This document shows, piece after piece, positions 9,058 through 19,364 of a stretch of 41,557 nucleotides of DNA. The translations under genes were made by a program, and so were the position numbers. How positions within the stretch are numbered: position 1 is the stretch's first letter; each line of letters begins with the position of its first letter. This stretch comes from Pseudobacteriovorax sp. (GTDB lineage Bacteria; Bdellovibrionota_B; Oligoflexia; Oligoflexales; Oligoflexaceae). The stretch spans positions 1 through 41,557 of the forward strand of contig JBNKNM010000027.1 of the NCBI GenBank assembly GCA_050293845.1. Direction: 5' to 3'. The notes beneath the pieces are model-generated. The model ran no database searches. It was not told the DNA's origin and worked only from the letters and a program-made list of their open reading frames with translations.

Positions 9058-9495
9058 ATGGAAGCGATGAAACAAAAATTTAAAAAAGAACAAGAGCGAG
9101 ATACAAGTTTACCCCATGAAGGTGACAGTATTGAGCATAAAGTGGAGATGCAGAGTTCTCATTCTACGTGGATAGATAAAGAAAATACCAAAAAAATTAT
9201 TGACCAATCGATACGCGGCTTAAAAAGTACCTACAAATATTGTCTTGATTTTTTAAGGAATCAAAAGATTTTTATCCGACATTATTTGATCGTCTTAACG
9301 GCAGTTCTGTTTACCATTATATTGGTTCAAAATATCGCATCTTCGCAAGTCGAGCTGTTGTTTTGGGGATTCAATGCTCCAAGAAGTATCATATTTATGA
9401 TTATGCTGATTATCGGCTTTGGAGCTGGATATTGGCTGGGGAGCAAAAGAAATCGACATTTTGATCAAGATATACTTAAAGGTGGTCTCCGATGA
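9058..9495 (+). CDS. LapA (DUF1049)-family two-TM membrane protein with N-terminal extension
   Basis: LFTIILVQN...VELLFWGFNAPRSIIFMIMLIIGFGAGYWL is typical of the LapA family; ATGA overlap with hflK. Confidence 0.7.
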   Translation: MEAMKQKFKKEQERDTSLPHEGDSIEHKVEMQSSHSTWIDKENTKKIIDQSIRGLKSTYKYCLDFLRNQKIFIRHYLIVLTAVLFTIILVQNIASSQVELLFWGFNAPRSIIFMIMLIIGFGAGYWLGSKRNRHFDQDILKGGLR

Positions 9496-10547
9496 CACCT
9501 CAGGATGAAAATCGCGATCACAAAAATACTACTTTGCTTAGAAATTCAGACCTAGGAAGGACTTTTTTTGAGCTGAAATCAAGATTTATGGGAGGAAGAT
9601 TTAGTGGTGGCATACATGGATCTTTTCTGCTTGGGATCATTTTTTTTCTAATGGTCGGTATATGGACCGCAACATTTTCAGTTCCCAGCGACTCCATTGC
9701 AGTTATCCAACGCTTCGGAAAATTTATTGAGACCTCTCCACCAGGGCTTCATTTCATGTTACCTTTTAGCATTGATCAAGTGACAATCGTACCCACAAAA
9801 CGCCAATTAAAACAGGAGTTCGGATTCTCTACTCCCGGCGCACGCGATCCCAACCAAAGACCTAGAAATAATAGCAACATGCGTGAAACGCAGATGGTAA
9901 CAGGTGACTTGAATGCTGCTTTGGTTGAATGGGTAGTACAATATCGCATATCAGATCCCGTTAAATATCTTTTTGAAGTCCGACGCCCCGCTGAAACCCT
10001 TAGGTATGTTTCGGAATCAGTCATGCGTGAAGTTGTAGGCGACAGAACCGTTGATGAGGTGATTACCATAGGCCGTCAAGAAATCGAATCCGATGCACTG
10101 ATCAAGATGCAGGATCTTGCAACAAAGTATGCCTTGGGAATCAGTATCGATCAAGTGCAGTTAAAGAATATAAATCCTCCTAAACCAGTCCAAGAGTCAT
10201 TTAACGAAGTAAATCAGGCTCAACAGGAAAAAGAAAAATTAATAAATGAAGCCCGCAGGGACTATAATAAAGTAATTCCATTAGCGGAAGGCGAGAAGGA
10301 CCAAAGAATTCGCGAAGCAGACGGTTATCGCATAAAAAGAATAAACGAAGCCCAAGGTGATGCGGCTAAATTCACAGCTCTGTTCACGGAGTATATGCGA
10401 GCACCGGAGGTGACAAAGCGCCGTATTTACATTGAAACCTTACAAGAAATTTTACCTAAATCTCAATCAATATTCATAGTTGATGAACAATCAGCAAATA
10501 TTCTTCCCTTGCTGAACCTCAATGCAGCGAAAAGAGACTCCCCATGA
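9492..10547 (+). CDS. hflK: FtsH protease modulator HflK (SPFH domain)
   Basis: N-terminal TM, QRFGK..PGLHF.LPF.ID, MVTGDLNAALVEWVVQYRI, VQESFNEVNQAQQEKEKLINEA, APEVTKRRIYIET. Confidence 0.92.
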   Translation: MTPQDENRDHKNTTLLRNSDLGRTFFELKSRFMGGRFSGGIHGSFLLGIIFFLMVGIWTATFSVPSDSIAVIQRFGKFIETSPPGLHFMLPFSIDQVTIVPTKRQLKQEFGFSTPGARDPNQRPRNNSNMRETQMVTGDLNAALVEWVVQYRISDPVKYLFEVRRPAETLRYVSESVMREVVGDRTVDEVITIGRQEIESDALIKMQDLATKYALGISIDQVQLKNINPPKPVQESFNEVNQAQQEKEKLINEARRDYNKVIPLAEGEKDQRIREADGYRIKRINEAQGDAAKFTALFTEYMRAPEVTKRRIYIETLQEILPKSQSIFIVDEQSANILPLLNLNAAKRDSP

Positions 10548-11566
10548 ACCGATCAAAACTGACATTGACTCTTTTTACCATAGCTATTATTATTTTTTTG
10601 ACTGTTAGCTCAACTTATACCGTGAATGAGGTCGAACAAGTAATCATAACACAATTCGGTAAACCCATCGGTGATCCGATACTTTCCAGTGGACTAAAAT
10701 TAAAACTTCCTTTCGTTCAAAATGTTAACCCCATCGATAAACGAGTATTAGAATGGGACGGCAGCCCATCGGATATGCCGACAAAGGATAAGCTTTATAT
10801 TGCCGTAGATTTGTTTGCTCGTTGGCGGATTACAGACCCACTTCAGTATTTTCTGCGACTACGTGATGAGCGTAGTGCACAATCTCGACTAGATGATATT
10901 TTAGGCAGTGAAACCCGCAATGCCGTAGCCAAGCATGAATTGATTGAAATTATTCGTACAACAAAAAATCGGGTTCCGCTATTAGATGTATTTCTCACAG
11001 AGGCAGAGCGCGCATTAGATATGGGATCATTAGTGCCAATTCGCAAGGGTCGTAAATTGGTGGAGAAAGAAATATTTACGGCAGCCGCTGAGAAAGTTCG
11101 AGTTTTTGGCATAGAGCTACTCGATATTCGATTCAAGCGAATTAATTATAATGAAAGTGTAAGGCCGAAAATCTATGATCGCATGATAAGTGAGCGTAGA
11201 CAGATAGCGGAGCGTTTCTTGTCGGAAGGAAACGGTGAAGCTGCTAGAATTCGCGGTAATCGTGTTCGTGATCTTGACAAGATTCAATCTGAAGCCTACA
11301 AAAAGGTTGAAGAGATCCGGGGTGAAGCAGATGCTAGAGCTGCTGAAATTTATACTAAGGCTTACAACAAAAATGATCGGGCAGTTGAGTTCTTTGAATT
11401 CACAAGGACTATGAGTTCGTATAAGCCCATTATCACGCAAAATACAACTCTTGTGGTCTCCACTGGAAGTGATCTATTTAAATTTTTAAAAGGAATGTCA
11501 ACTGACGTCACCCCTAAAAACTATAGAAAAAAAGACAACCCTGATTCATCTAATATTAGTCATTAA
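10544..11566 (+). CDS. hflC: FtsH protease modulator HflC
   Basis: EQVIITQFGKP, GLKLKLPF, TKDK.YI.VD.FARWRITDPL, IYDRMISER..IAE.F.SEG.GEA; follows hflK with ATGA overlap. Confidence 0.92.
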   Translation: MNRSKLTLTLFTIAIIIFLTVSSTYTVNEVEQVIITQFGKPIGDPILSSGLKLKLPFVQNVNPIDKRVLEWDGSPSDMPTKDKLYIAVDLFARWRITDPLQYFLRLRDERSAQSRLDDILGSETRNAVAKHELIEIIRTTKNRVPLLDVFLTEAERALDMGSLVPIRKGRKLVEKEIFTAAAEKVRVFGIELLDIRFKRINYNESVRPKIYDRMISERRQIAERFLSEGNGEAARIRGNRVRDLDKIQSEAYKKVEEIRGEADARAAEIYTKAYNKNDRAVEFFEFTRTMSSYKPIITQNTTLVVSTGSDLFKFLKGMSTDVTPKNYRKKDNPDSSNISH

Positions 11567-11567
11567 A

Positions 11568-12200
11568 GTGGAGAAAGGCTATAGTTGTATGGAATACTTC
11601 GCATCAGATTCAGAGAATAATAGCAAAAAATATACTATTGTCATTACCTTAGATTCAGGAAAAATTCTTGGCAAATTATGTCGAATTTTTATCGATATTA
11701 ATTCCAAAAAAGTATCTGCTATCTCTTTTCGAAAAATTTTTTCAAGTGAAGAACTTTTTTTGAGAATGGATCGGATCAATCGTATCGGTGAAGATGTTAT
11801 ATTCATTGAAAATGAACTTATCCCAGAACATTTGGAAAAAGTTGGGGGGCTACCTGGTGAGGATCTTAAAGAGTTTCAAGGAACATGGATTTACACCATG
11901 AGTGGAGAAGCCATCGGTGCTCTCACAGATATCGGCTTCTTGCCAATGAATTGGACCATCAACAAAATTATTTTAAATGGTAATAGGGCAATTGACGTTG
12001 ATGCCAATAATATCATAATCAATCATGATAAGATAGAAATCTCGGATGCCAGCCTCAAGACTCTAGGTGCCTCTACAGAGTCCGAGGGGCTGCTAGCAGG
12101 GTTGTTCGGTACAGCAGCCATCCGACAAGCTAGTATCTTACTGCAGCGCACGCTGCGAGGTATTCCAGTTTCGCAACCTCCGAGTAGCGGCAATGTCTAA
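11568..12200 (+). CDS. tandem PRC-barrel domain protein
   Basis: VITLDSGKILGK..RIFID...KKV...INRIGEDVIFI and a second copy IYTMSGEAIGALTDIGF; start may be ATG 11589. Confidence 0.7.
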   Translation: MEKGYSCMEYFASDSENNSKKYTIVITLDSGKILGKLCRIFIDINSKKVSAISFRKIFSSEELFLRMDRINRIGEDVIFIENELIPEHLEKVGGLPGEDLKEFQGTWIYTMSGEAIGALTDIGFLPMNWTINKIILNGNRAIDVDANNIIINHDKIEISDASLKTLGASTESEGLLAGLFGTAAIRQASILLQRTLRGIPVSQPPSSGNV

Positions 12201-12686
12201 GTCTTGAATGTGACGACAACAATTTATCCCGGATTCTTCTTTCGCTATGAGACTAGATGCTTATTACTTGATGATCTCAGTTATTCTGCATTTGATTTAT
12301 TAGTTTTTGTTCAAATTTTTTTTAAGTCCTTCAAAGTCTGGATCACATGATGCCAGTATATTATCGGAGAACACTTTCAAAGCATGAAGACTTCTTTGGG
12401 GCTGTTACAGACCCCCAGTCCAATACTATTGTTATTAATCTTCATACTAACGTTTTTAACTCCGGTATCTCTGAAGAAAGTAAATTTGTCGATGTCTATA
12501 ATGACTTTATAGGAAAAATATGAGAAAAAAATCAAAAAACATTCATCTATTGCACAGTTGGATCTATTTTTATTGGAGAAAAAATAATCACGGTCAGAAA
12601 TTATGTAGGGTGGCATCCAAGTAAAAAACAGCATGAAGATATGGTTGAGGAGTGATGAGCTCTTTAAACAAAATTTTTTGCTTGCA

Positions 12687-14150
12687 TTAAAATCTACAAC
12701 CAACACCAACTCTGGCAAAACTAATATCTAACTTTACTCCATATCTATACCCTTGTTCTTCTGCACGAATTGAGGATGTAACAGTTCCCTCACCATAATT
12801 AGCAAATATTTCCCAGCTTTCTTGATAATAAAGTGTCAGTCCTATTTCCCAATAGGGAATGCGCTCGAAACTAATGGTATAGGTTTGACTAATTTCGTTT
12901 TCCTGGGATTTATAGCGAATAACTTCATCCTGGCTATCGATAATCCCATATCCAAGCTGGATATCCAGCAAATTCCATAAATTAAAATAAAGTCCACCAT
13001 TGATATGGTTGATATGATAATCAATATTCAAGCGTGTAGGCTCACCTTGACCATAGATATTGGCGATTCCGGACATATCGATTGTTCCACGGGTTGTTCC
13101 CAAATTACTATAGATAAATGGGAGTGGGCGCCATGTCAGCTCAATGCCTGTTCCTTCTGCTGGAACAAGGTACAGCTGATCAAATTTACTTTTGAATCGA
13201 ACTCCCGCAACGCGAACAGAAAGACTTTTCTTTTTATCGGTTTGTCTTCCATATTCAGAAGCATCGAATATTCTTTTAACTTTATTACTAGGTTTAGGGT
13301 CAGCTACTGTATTTATGACACTACTCAACTCAGAATAGCTATAAAGTACCAAAAGAATAAAGCGGTAGTCCTTCTCTTCAATAGCTTTGATTTTTATTTT
13401 ATCGGATAATTCCTGAGAATCTAGCTCTTTATCATTAGTATATTGACGAAAGCTAATCTTTTGATTCTTCAATAAATTCTTAGAGGGTATCGATTCGTTT
13501 GTGGTGAAGATCTTTGTTGATGAAACCAGTGACTTATAATCTTTTTCAAGATAATATTGATTCATTTTAGCTAGGAGGTCCGATTGCTTTTGACTTAAGA
13601 CATGATATTGGATACTACCTTCTAAATTGAAAACCTTCAATTTTCTTTTAGTTTTATAAGCTATAAAATCACTAGATTCTGAAGTGATATGACCTCTAGC
13701 CAAACCTACTACCATAGATTCTGTGGCACTTGGATGATTTGTCTGTACTCTTACAATGCCTTTATAAAGGTAAATCGTCGGTGATATTTTTTTATTTTGA
13801 TACATAAGATTAAAATTAGGAGCAATAAAAATCGAGCTGTTTGCACCTAGATGTAATTCACCCCAAGATTCTGATTTAATGATAGCCCGTCCTTGAGTTG
13901 ATGTTTCGATGCGATCCCCATAAATGATGTTCTTATGGTATTGAATAGGGAATCGATACCAATCTTTCCCATCACGCTTTACACGTTTTACATCATGAAA
14001 TTTTTTCTGTGATACAGCATCACTAGTCACGCGACGCAGTATCCATCCATAACCTTTTAGAATCGATATTGAACCAACAGCGTAATCATTTTGCGCCAAA
14101 AGCTTCGTCGATGTCAGCATTGTTAACAATATAATGATAAGGTTTCTCAT
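12687..14150 (-). CDS. exported FecR-like domain protein with C-terminal outer-membrane beta-barrel-like region
   Basis: Signal peptide; IYGDRIETSTQGRAII...LHLGANSSI..LYKGIVRV..NLEGSI FecR-like motifs; amphipathic beta strands ending FARVGVGCRF. Confidence 0.6.
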   Translation of the reverse strand: MRNLIIILLTMLTSTKLLAQNDYAVGSISILKGYGWILRRVTSDAVSQKKFHDVKRVKRDGKDWYRFPIQYHKNIIYGDRIETSTQGRAIIKSESWGELHLGANSSIFIAPNFNLMYQNKKISPTIYLYKGIVRVQTNHPSATESMVVGLARGHITSESSDFIAYKTKRKLKVFNLEGSIQYHVLSQKQSDLLAKMNQYYLEKDYKSLVSSTKIFTTNESIPSKNLLKNQKISFRQYTNDKELDSQELSDKIKIKAIEEKDYRFILLVLYSYSELSSVINTVADPKPSNKVKRIFDASEYGRQTDKKKSLSVRVAGVRFKSKFDQLYLVPAEGTGIELTWRPLPFIYSNLGTTRGTIDMSGIANIYGQGEPTRLNIDYHINHINGGLYFNLWNLLDIQLGYGIIDSQDEVIRYKSQENEISQTYTISFERIPYWEIGLTLYYQESWEIFANYGEGTVTSSIRAEEQGYRYGVKLDISFARVGVGCRF

Positions 14151-14251
14151 GGATAACCCCTTTTACAGCATGGATGCAATATTTAGAGGAAGCTGTGCCC
14201 CTAGTTGAAACAATCTATAGGGACACATTTAACGCAACCATAAATTACATA

Positions 14252-15304
14252 CTAGTACGTATCAATCTTACATGCATTTTTTAGGTAAAATACTAAAGAT
14301 GAAAGCCCTTGTGCACTTGTATCTGAGCTGGGATCAATGTCAATAACTAGAATAGAGTTGGAATCATCGCTAAAAATGGGACCTAAAGAGTCTACCTCTA
14401 GATCATTCATTATTTTTGAATAATCTTCTGTAATTGTATATCGGTATCGACCGTCATCTAAATCAACCTTTACAAATGTAATCGGATAACTTGCCTGAAT
14501 GTTCTTTGCTTTCTCTATGGACATTTCCTTTTTCATAGTATTAAAATTAAATCTATTAACATTTTTAAGGGCAAATGACAGATCACCTTCATCACAGTCA
14601 ACCACTGTTAATCTTTTGTGATTATCAGTATCATGAATACTCTCGTCGACATTGAAATCACAGTTTGCCACAGGGTCTAACTCTGTGTCGACCGTGATTT
14701 TAGCGTAGTCATCAGGGTTTTTGCGATGCGCTTCTATTTCCACTAAATCACTATGAACGATTGTTGCGGAAGCATTATAATAGTTACAGTTATGAAAGCT
14801 ACAATCATTCACTGGAGTCAAAGTAAACTCTGTAACAGCTCTCACCAATAACGCTTTAAGACTGCCATCAAGTTCATCATTGACTTCTTCTGAAATGTTT
14901 TCAGGAAAGAAGTAGAAGAGAGAATCGTTTGTATCTAGTGATTCTTCATGTCTTGAATAAATAATTTTCGTAATGACATCACCTGAATCGGTTTCCAATG
15001 GAGGGTCAAATTTCTTGACTAGTTCATCAGCCCTGAGATTACACCCACTGAGGTTTAGAAATACTTCTGTTTGACTGTTTTCATCCAGGTCATAAGGATA
15101 AGATTTTTCGTTGTCACATAATATAGTAATGTGTGTGACTGATAAATCTGATTCCGCATCACCCGATGCCAATGAAAGATTAGATTCTGACCGTTCTAAG
15201 GTAAGATTCAGCTTTGTTGATCGAAATTCCTCAAGATCATCCGAACTGTTTTGACAAGCAGCTAGACAGATAGACAGCAGTAGAGTAGTTGATTGAATTT
15301 TCAT
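14252..15304 (-). CDS. hypothetical acidic Cys-containing lipoprotein
   Basis: Lipobox LAAC after a hydrophobic stretch; GAGGGG RBS; 350-aa ORF. Confidence 0.7.
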   Translation of the reverse strand: MKIQSTTLLLSICLAACQNSSDDLEEFRSTKLNLTLERSESNLSLASGDAESDLSVTHITILCDNEKSYPYDLDENSQTEVFLNLSGCNLRADELVKKFDPPLETDSGDVITKIIYSRHEESLDTNDSLFYFFPENISEEVNDELDGSLKALLVRAVTEFTLTPVNDCSFHNCNYYNASATIVHSDLVEIEAHRKNPDDYAKITVDTELDPVANCDFNVDESIHDTDNHKRLTVVDCDEGDLSFALKNVNRFNFNTMKKEMSIEKAKNIQASYPITFVKVDLDDGRYRYTITEDYSKIMNDLEVDSLGPIFSDDSNSILVIDIDPSSDTSAQGLSSLVFYLKNACKIDTY

Positions 15305-15936
15305 TAGAGTTCCCCTCTAAAATAGGTTAAAAATTTAGACAAACGATTCTCATACCTAAGAACACATTCGCCTTTGGGTCTAGATTTAAGATAGATAGCT
15401 TTTTAAAAAATGACTTTAGCTACTGGAAAGTAGCATGACATCTGGATCAAAATTGCTTAGGTTTTGTATCCAAACACAGTAGAAAACATTAGAACATTCA
15501 TACTTATCCCCTCTAGGTTTACATCTCTATGAATAGGAAACTCATAGCTCAAGTAGTAAATTATTTAATTTTTAACAACTACATACCGCTTATCGAAAGT
15601 AATTTCTCCGAGCTGAAATAATTACTGTTTAAGCATTAGTTTCTGTGAGTTAGGAGTGCCAAATTAAGTGTGTAAGGATAAGACTACTGAATAGAATGTG
15701 ACTCCTGCCAATTTTTGTACCAAGAATGAGTCCTAAATACTACTTCAGAGTAACATTATACTCTTATATTTAAGCTTAATGTTCGTTTCTTTCTTCGAAA
15801 AGCAAAATGCAAACTGAAACCTTACTGAGAAGTCACTTTAACTTGGAATGGTTCATGGTTGCTAACTCTGTCAAGAACACAATTTTTCATGTATTATCTC
15901 TTTCCCATTGCAGCGACCTAATAGGAGTCATAATCT

Positions 15937-16460
15937 GTGCGATCTATGCTTGAGTATGGAGCTTATATTGTCGCTTCTTTGTGGGGAGGGTTTGCGGCTA
16001 CCAGGGTCATTGCGCGGACGGCCACTGATATTAGGAATGGCGGAAGTAGCCCCTTAGCTGGCTTAGTGCGCTCTATCAGGCTTGTGGCTGTGTTATTAGT
16101 GCTTTCCTTATTCTCTGTTAACATCCCTCTAGCCTCGTTAGCGGCCAAACTGTTTGTGATCGCTTGGGATATGAGTGAGGCTATACATAATGATAAAATG
16201 ATATACTAAGATCCTTGTGCCTATGTCGCGATATTGCTCATCACCTTCTCCTTAACCGTATTTGCTAATTTGGTCATAGCCGCGAATATAGGCGTCAATA
16301 TGGCGATGCTGTATTTCCTTTGCAAAAACGTGGTGTCACAGTTGCTATATCAGGAGCCCACAGGCGTGTTCGTGGCAAGTTGCTAAGGGCTGGAATTGTC
16401 AATATCTTCGGTGGGGACAATATGTTCTCAGCGTTTGAGGATGCCTTACTCAGGTTTGGA
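15937..16460 (+). pseudogene. degraded SulP/SLC26 anion permease (C-terminal TM part plus STAS remnant)
   Basis: GGFAAT..IARTAT.IRNGG.SPLAGLV...NIPLASLAA.LFVIAWDMSE, then after a stop VAILLITFSLTVFANLVIAANIGV, then a frameshifted STAS tail KRGVTVAISGA..RVRGKLLRAGIV; N-terminal half absent. Confidence 0.8.
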
Positions 16461-16605
16461 GAGACATCTGATACCCGATCGCTAGATAAAACTTACCAAA
16501 AAGTAGCTTTGTTATGGGACTTGATTAGCTTCAAGACATGTCCGATAATGCCATCAGTAAAGGGTTCTTATCAACGACTTCAAACACATGATAGCAAGGT
16601 TTAGC

Positions 16606-17208
16606 ATGGATAGTTGCTGCCAAAACAAAGAGAAGGATCTAGAAAAAACGGCTCGGCAACACAAATCAGTGCTTTGGTTTGTACTAGCGATTAACCTATC
16701 TATGTTTTTTGTTGAATCTTTTTACGGCATGATTTCAAACTCTCTAGCTTTAATAGGTGATTCGCTGGATATGCTTGGCGATGCCATCACCTATGGCAGT
16801 AGCTTACTTGTTGTGGGACTTGGTTTTAGGGAGAAGGCAAGAGTTGCGAGGTTGAAAGCTTCTATTATGCTGATTTTTGGTCTTGTCATTTCTGTTAGGT
16901 GCATATATCGAGGGGTTTATCCTTTAGAGCCTGAGGTAAATACGATGCTTTGGGTTGGGTGTTTAGCTCTAATTATGAACCTGATTTGCCTATTCTCCCT
17001 AACTAGATATAAGAATGATGATATTAATATGCGCTCTGTCTGGATCTGTTCCAGAAATGATATTATCGCAAATACTTCAGTAATCATGGCAGCTTTTGCA
17101 GTTTCACTACTCGGGTCTCCGTACCCCGATATCGTTGTCGGTGTTGGTCTGTCATACCTGTTTACAAAGTCCGCATTTCAGATATTCAAAGAAGCAAAAT
17201 ACCAGTAG
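16606..17208 (+). CDS. cation diffusion facilitator (CDF) metal transporter, short form without C-terminal domain
   Basis: MDSCC N-terminus; VLWFVLAINLSMFFVE..SLALIGDSLDMLGDA; DINMRSVWICSRNDIIAN; PDIVVG. Confidence 0.85.
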   Translation: MDSCCQNKEKDLEKTARQHKSVLWFVLAINLSMFFVESFYGMISNSLALIGDSLDMLGDAITYGSSLLVVGLGFREKARVARLKASIMLIFGLVISVRCIYRGVYPLEPEVNTMLWVGCLALIMNLICLFSLTRYKNDDINMRSVWICSRNDIIANTSVIMAAFAVSLLGSPYPDIVVGVGLSYLFTKSAFQIFKEAKYQ

Positions 17209-17213
17209 CTTCC

Positions 17214-18008
17214 TTATTCCTCTGCATAGGTGAAAAGCACCCCTTCTGAACCATCAGCTTCAATCGTGTTAAAGTAGGCCACTTCGTTATTCACATCATC
17301 AAAGAACATTTGCAAGCTCCATTTGTCTTCACCAATTGTAAAAGAGAGAATAGAATTCTGAATAGCAACTTCCTCAGTGTCGAGCGGTACATTCTGTAAT
17401 ATAGCGCCATTACATTGTTTGTCCGCATATACCTCGTATGCAAAATCAGGGTCTATTTCATCACCGGCATGGTCCTGAGTTAATTTTACAGTTAGCTTAA
17501 TAGAGACATCAGGGCTATCAACAGGCATGCAATCAGAGATAAACATCCTATTAATGATTTCAGGGTAACCCTGAATCCATTTGTGCACATGAACCAGGCC
17601 CTCATCCTCATCTTGAACATCAATACCTGTATAACAGAGTCTCACAATCCCATGGAAGTTTTTCAAGTCTAATTCCAAATTTTCATCAGGATTATGGAAA
17701 TTATAAACACCTTCACATTCAGGGGTTCCAAAAATATATGCTAAGGACTGCAAATTGTCATGAGATAAAGAAATGATGAGATTGTTTTCTCTGTATTTAT
17801 CTCTAGGAACTCCCTCTAAACTATATATCGACGAAAACTTAGGATTGAAATGACTTTGCTGATCATCTCCCGCTAAAAAATCCAACGGCTTATCTATTTC
17901 CGGACGTGTTTGCTTGCAAGACATAAAATCAAATATCAAAAATAGCGATAAGAGAACTCTAATCACAGCAATGATTCCTAAATGGGACCTGGATTTATAA
18001 AAAAACAC
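17214..18008 (-). CDS. hypothetical exported/lipoprotein
   Basis: 264-aa ORF, hydrophobic N-terminus then FMSC; no family recognised; start uncertain. Confidence 0.55.
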   Translation of the reverse strand: MFFYKSRSHLGIIAVIRVLLSLFLIFDFMSCKQTRPEIDKPLDFLAGDDQQSHFNPKFSSIYSLEGVPRDKYRENNLIISLSHDNLQSLAYIFGTPECEGVYNFHNPDENLELDLKNFHGIVRLCYTGIDVQDEDEGLVHVHKWIQGYPEIINRMFISDCMPVDSPDVSIKLTVKLTQDHAGDEIDPDFAYEVYADKQCNGAILQNVPLDTEEVAIQNSILSFTIGEDKWSLQMFFDDVNNEVAYFNTIEADGSEGVLFTYAEE

Positions 18009-18300
18009 TCTTACCCATCGGAAGGTTTCATTTTTATATTGAGAAATCGCTGGTAAGCAGTTTAACTAGCTTAAAATATGCGCTTTTCCGAGTCTTAGCT
18101 TATGATAATCACAGGTTTGAAATGTTCGTTGTGAGCATTTAGCTTAAAGAAATTGAAAAAATGGCTAAATTATCAAAACAGTTGATCAACAACTGCCAAA
18201 ATCATAACGATAAATATCCCCTGTGAGCTACCCACAGTGTGGCTTAATTTGTAGCCGTCAGTCTCAGACTGAACGGTACAGGAAGCAATATTGACATCTT

Positions 18301-19215
18301 TTAATTAATGCTGCGTTTGACAATATAGATACCCAAAACAACAATAAAACCCGCAATAATTTGGCTGATAGTTAAGACTTGCTGGAAAATCATCCAGCCA
18401 AGGATTGCTGTTATTAAAGGCTGACACAGTAAAATGGCCCCGGAAATGGAGGCAGGAACGTACTTCAACCCGTAAGCGATAAGAGTCTGCCCTCCCACCT
18501 GGGAAACCAACGCCAGACCCAGCAAAGGGTACCATGTGACTAGCTTATTAGGGATCAATAGCCCTGGAGTCGCCAAAGTTATTACCGCTAAGGCCGCGCT
18601 TCCCATCACCGATGTAGCCATCATAATTTTCAGGATACTGTACTGCCTTGTTAGTAATTTAATGGAGATTAAATAGCCAGCATAACAAAACGCTGTCGCA
18701 GTTCCCAAAAGGTCACCCGCCAAGGCTTGGGACGTACTTTCAAAACTAAATCCCACTAAAAAGGCAAGCCCTGTTATGGCAATGCCCGCACCGATAGGAT
18801 AGTACCAGTTTAGCCTCTCCTTAAACCATATCCAGCCTGCTAAACCGACAATTACAGCTGCCAAATTGGCTTCTAATGTAGCATTGGCTAGTGATGTATA
18901 CTCGAAGGCCCAGTGCCAACAAGCAAGATCAGCTGCAAAAAAGAGCCCCGGTACCAGGAGAAGTCGAGGGTTGGGAGTCTTGGTAGTAGGTTTTGTGGCT
19001 CCTTGCCACCAAAAAAGGAAAATATAGATGGGAAAAGATAGCATCAATCGCCAAAATGCAACTCCGGAAGGAGAAATGCTCGCTCCATCGTTCATGCCAT
19101 CAAAGTTGATCGCCAGCTTTGCAAATACAGGGGCAAAAGCGATGAAGCTTGCTCCCACGAACAATGATAATAGCCCGCGGTGGAAATACAGCTTTTCAGT
19201 AATCTGCAAAATCAA
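18301..19215 (-). CDS. DMT/EamA family transporter
   Basis: About 10 TM segments in two repeats; AFWRL, GLFFAADL..WHWAF.YTSLANAT, GDLL, SQVGGQTLIAYGL..VPAS. Confidence 0.9.
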   Translation of the reverse strand: MILQITEKLYFHRGLLSLFVGASFIAFAPVFAKLAINFDGMNDGASISPSGVAFWRLMLSFPIYIFLFWWQGATKPTTKTPNPRLLLVPGLFFAADLACWHWAFEYTSLANATLEANLAAVIVGLAGWIWFKERLNWYYPIGAGIAITGLAFLVGFSFESTSQALAGDLLGTATAFCYAGYLISIKLLTRQYSILKIMMATSVMGSAALAVITLATPGLLIPNKLVTWYPLLGLALVSQVGGQTLIAYGLKYVPASISGAILLCQPLITAILGWMIFQQVLTISQIIAGFIVVLGIYIVKRSIN

Positions 19216-19364
19216 CTCCCCTTATAGATTCAGCTAAATATCCATAGCATTAGCATTATTATTTCTCTAGTTGATTTATTACCGATATCTTACATAAAAG
19301 TTAAAATCTATATATTGAAATGTTTGGTTTCATACCGATGGATGAAGAAAATTAGAGGGAAAAT

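Noticed and set aside
12377..12718. 113-aa ORF, or a third gene coupled to the FecR-like gene by TAATG
   Set aside because: The coupled ATG frame stops after 7 codons and the long frame has no RBS or recognisable motif; at most unidentifiable debris
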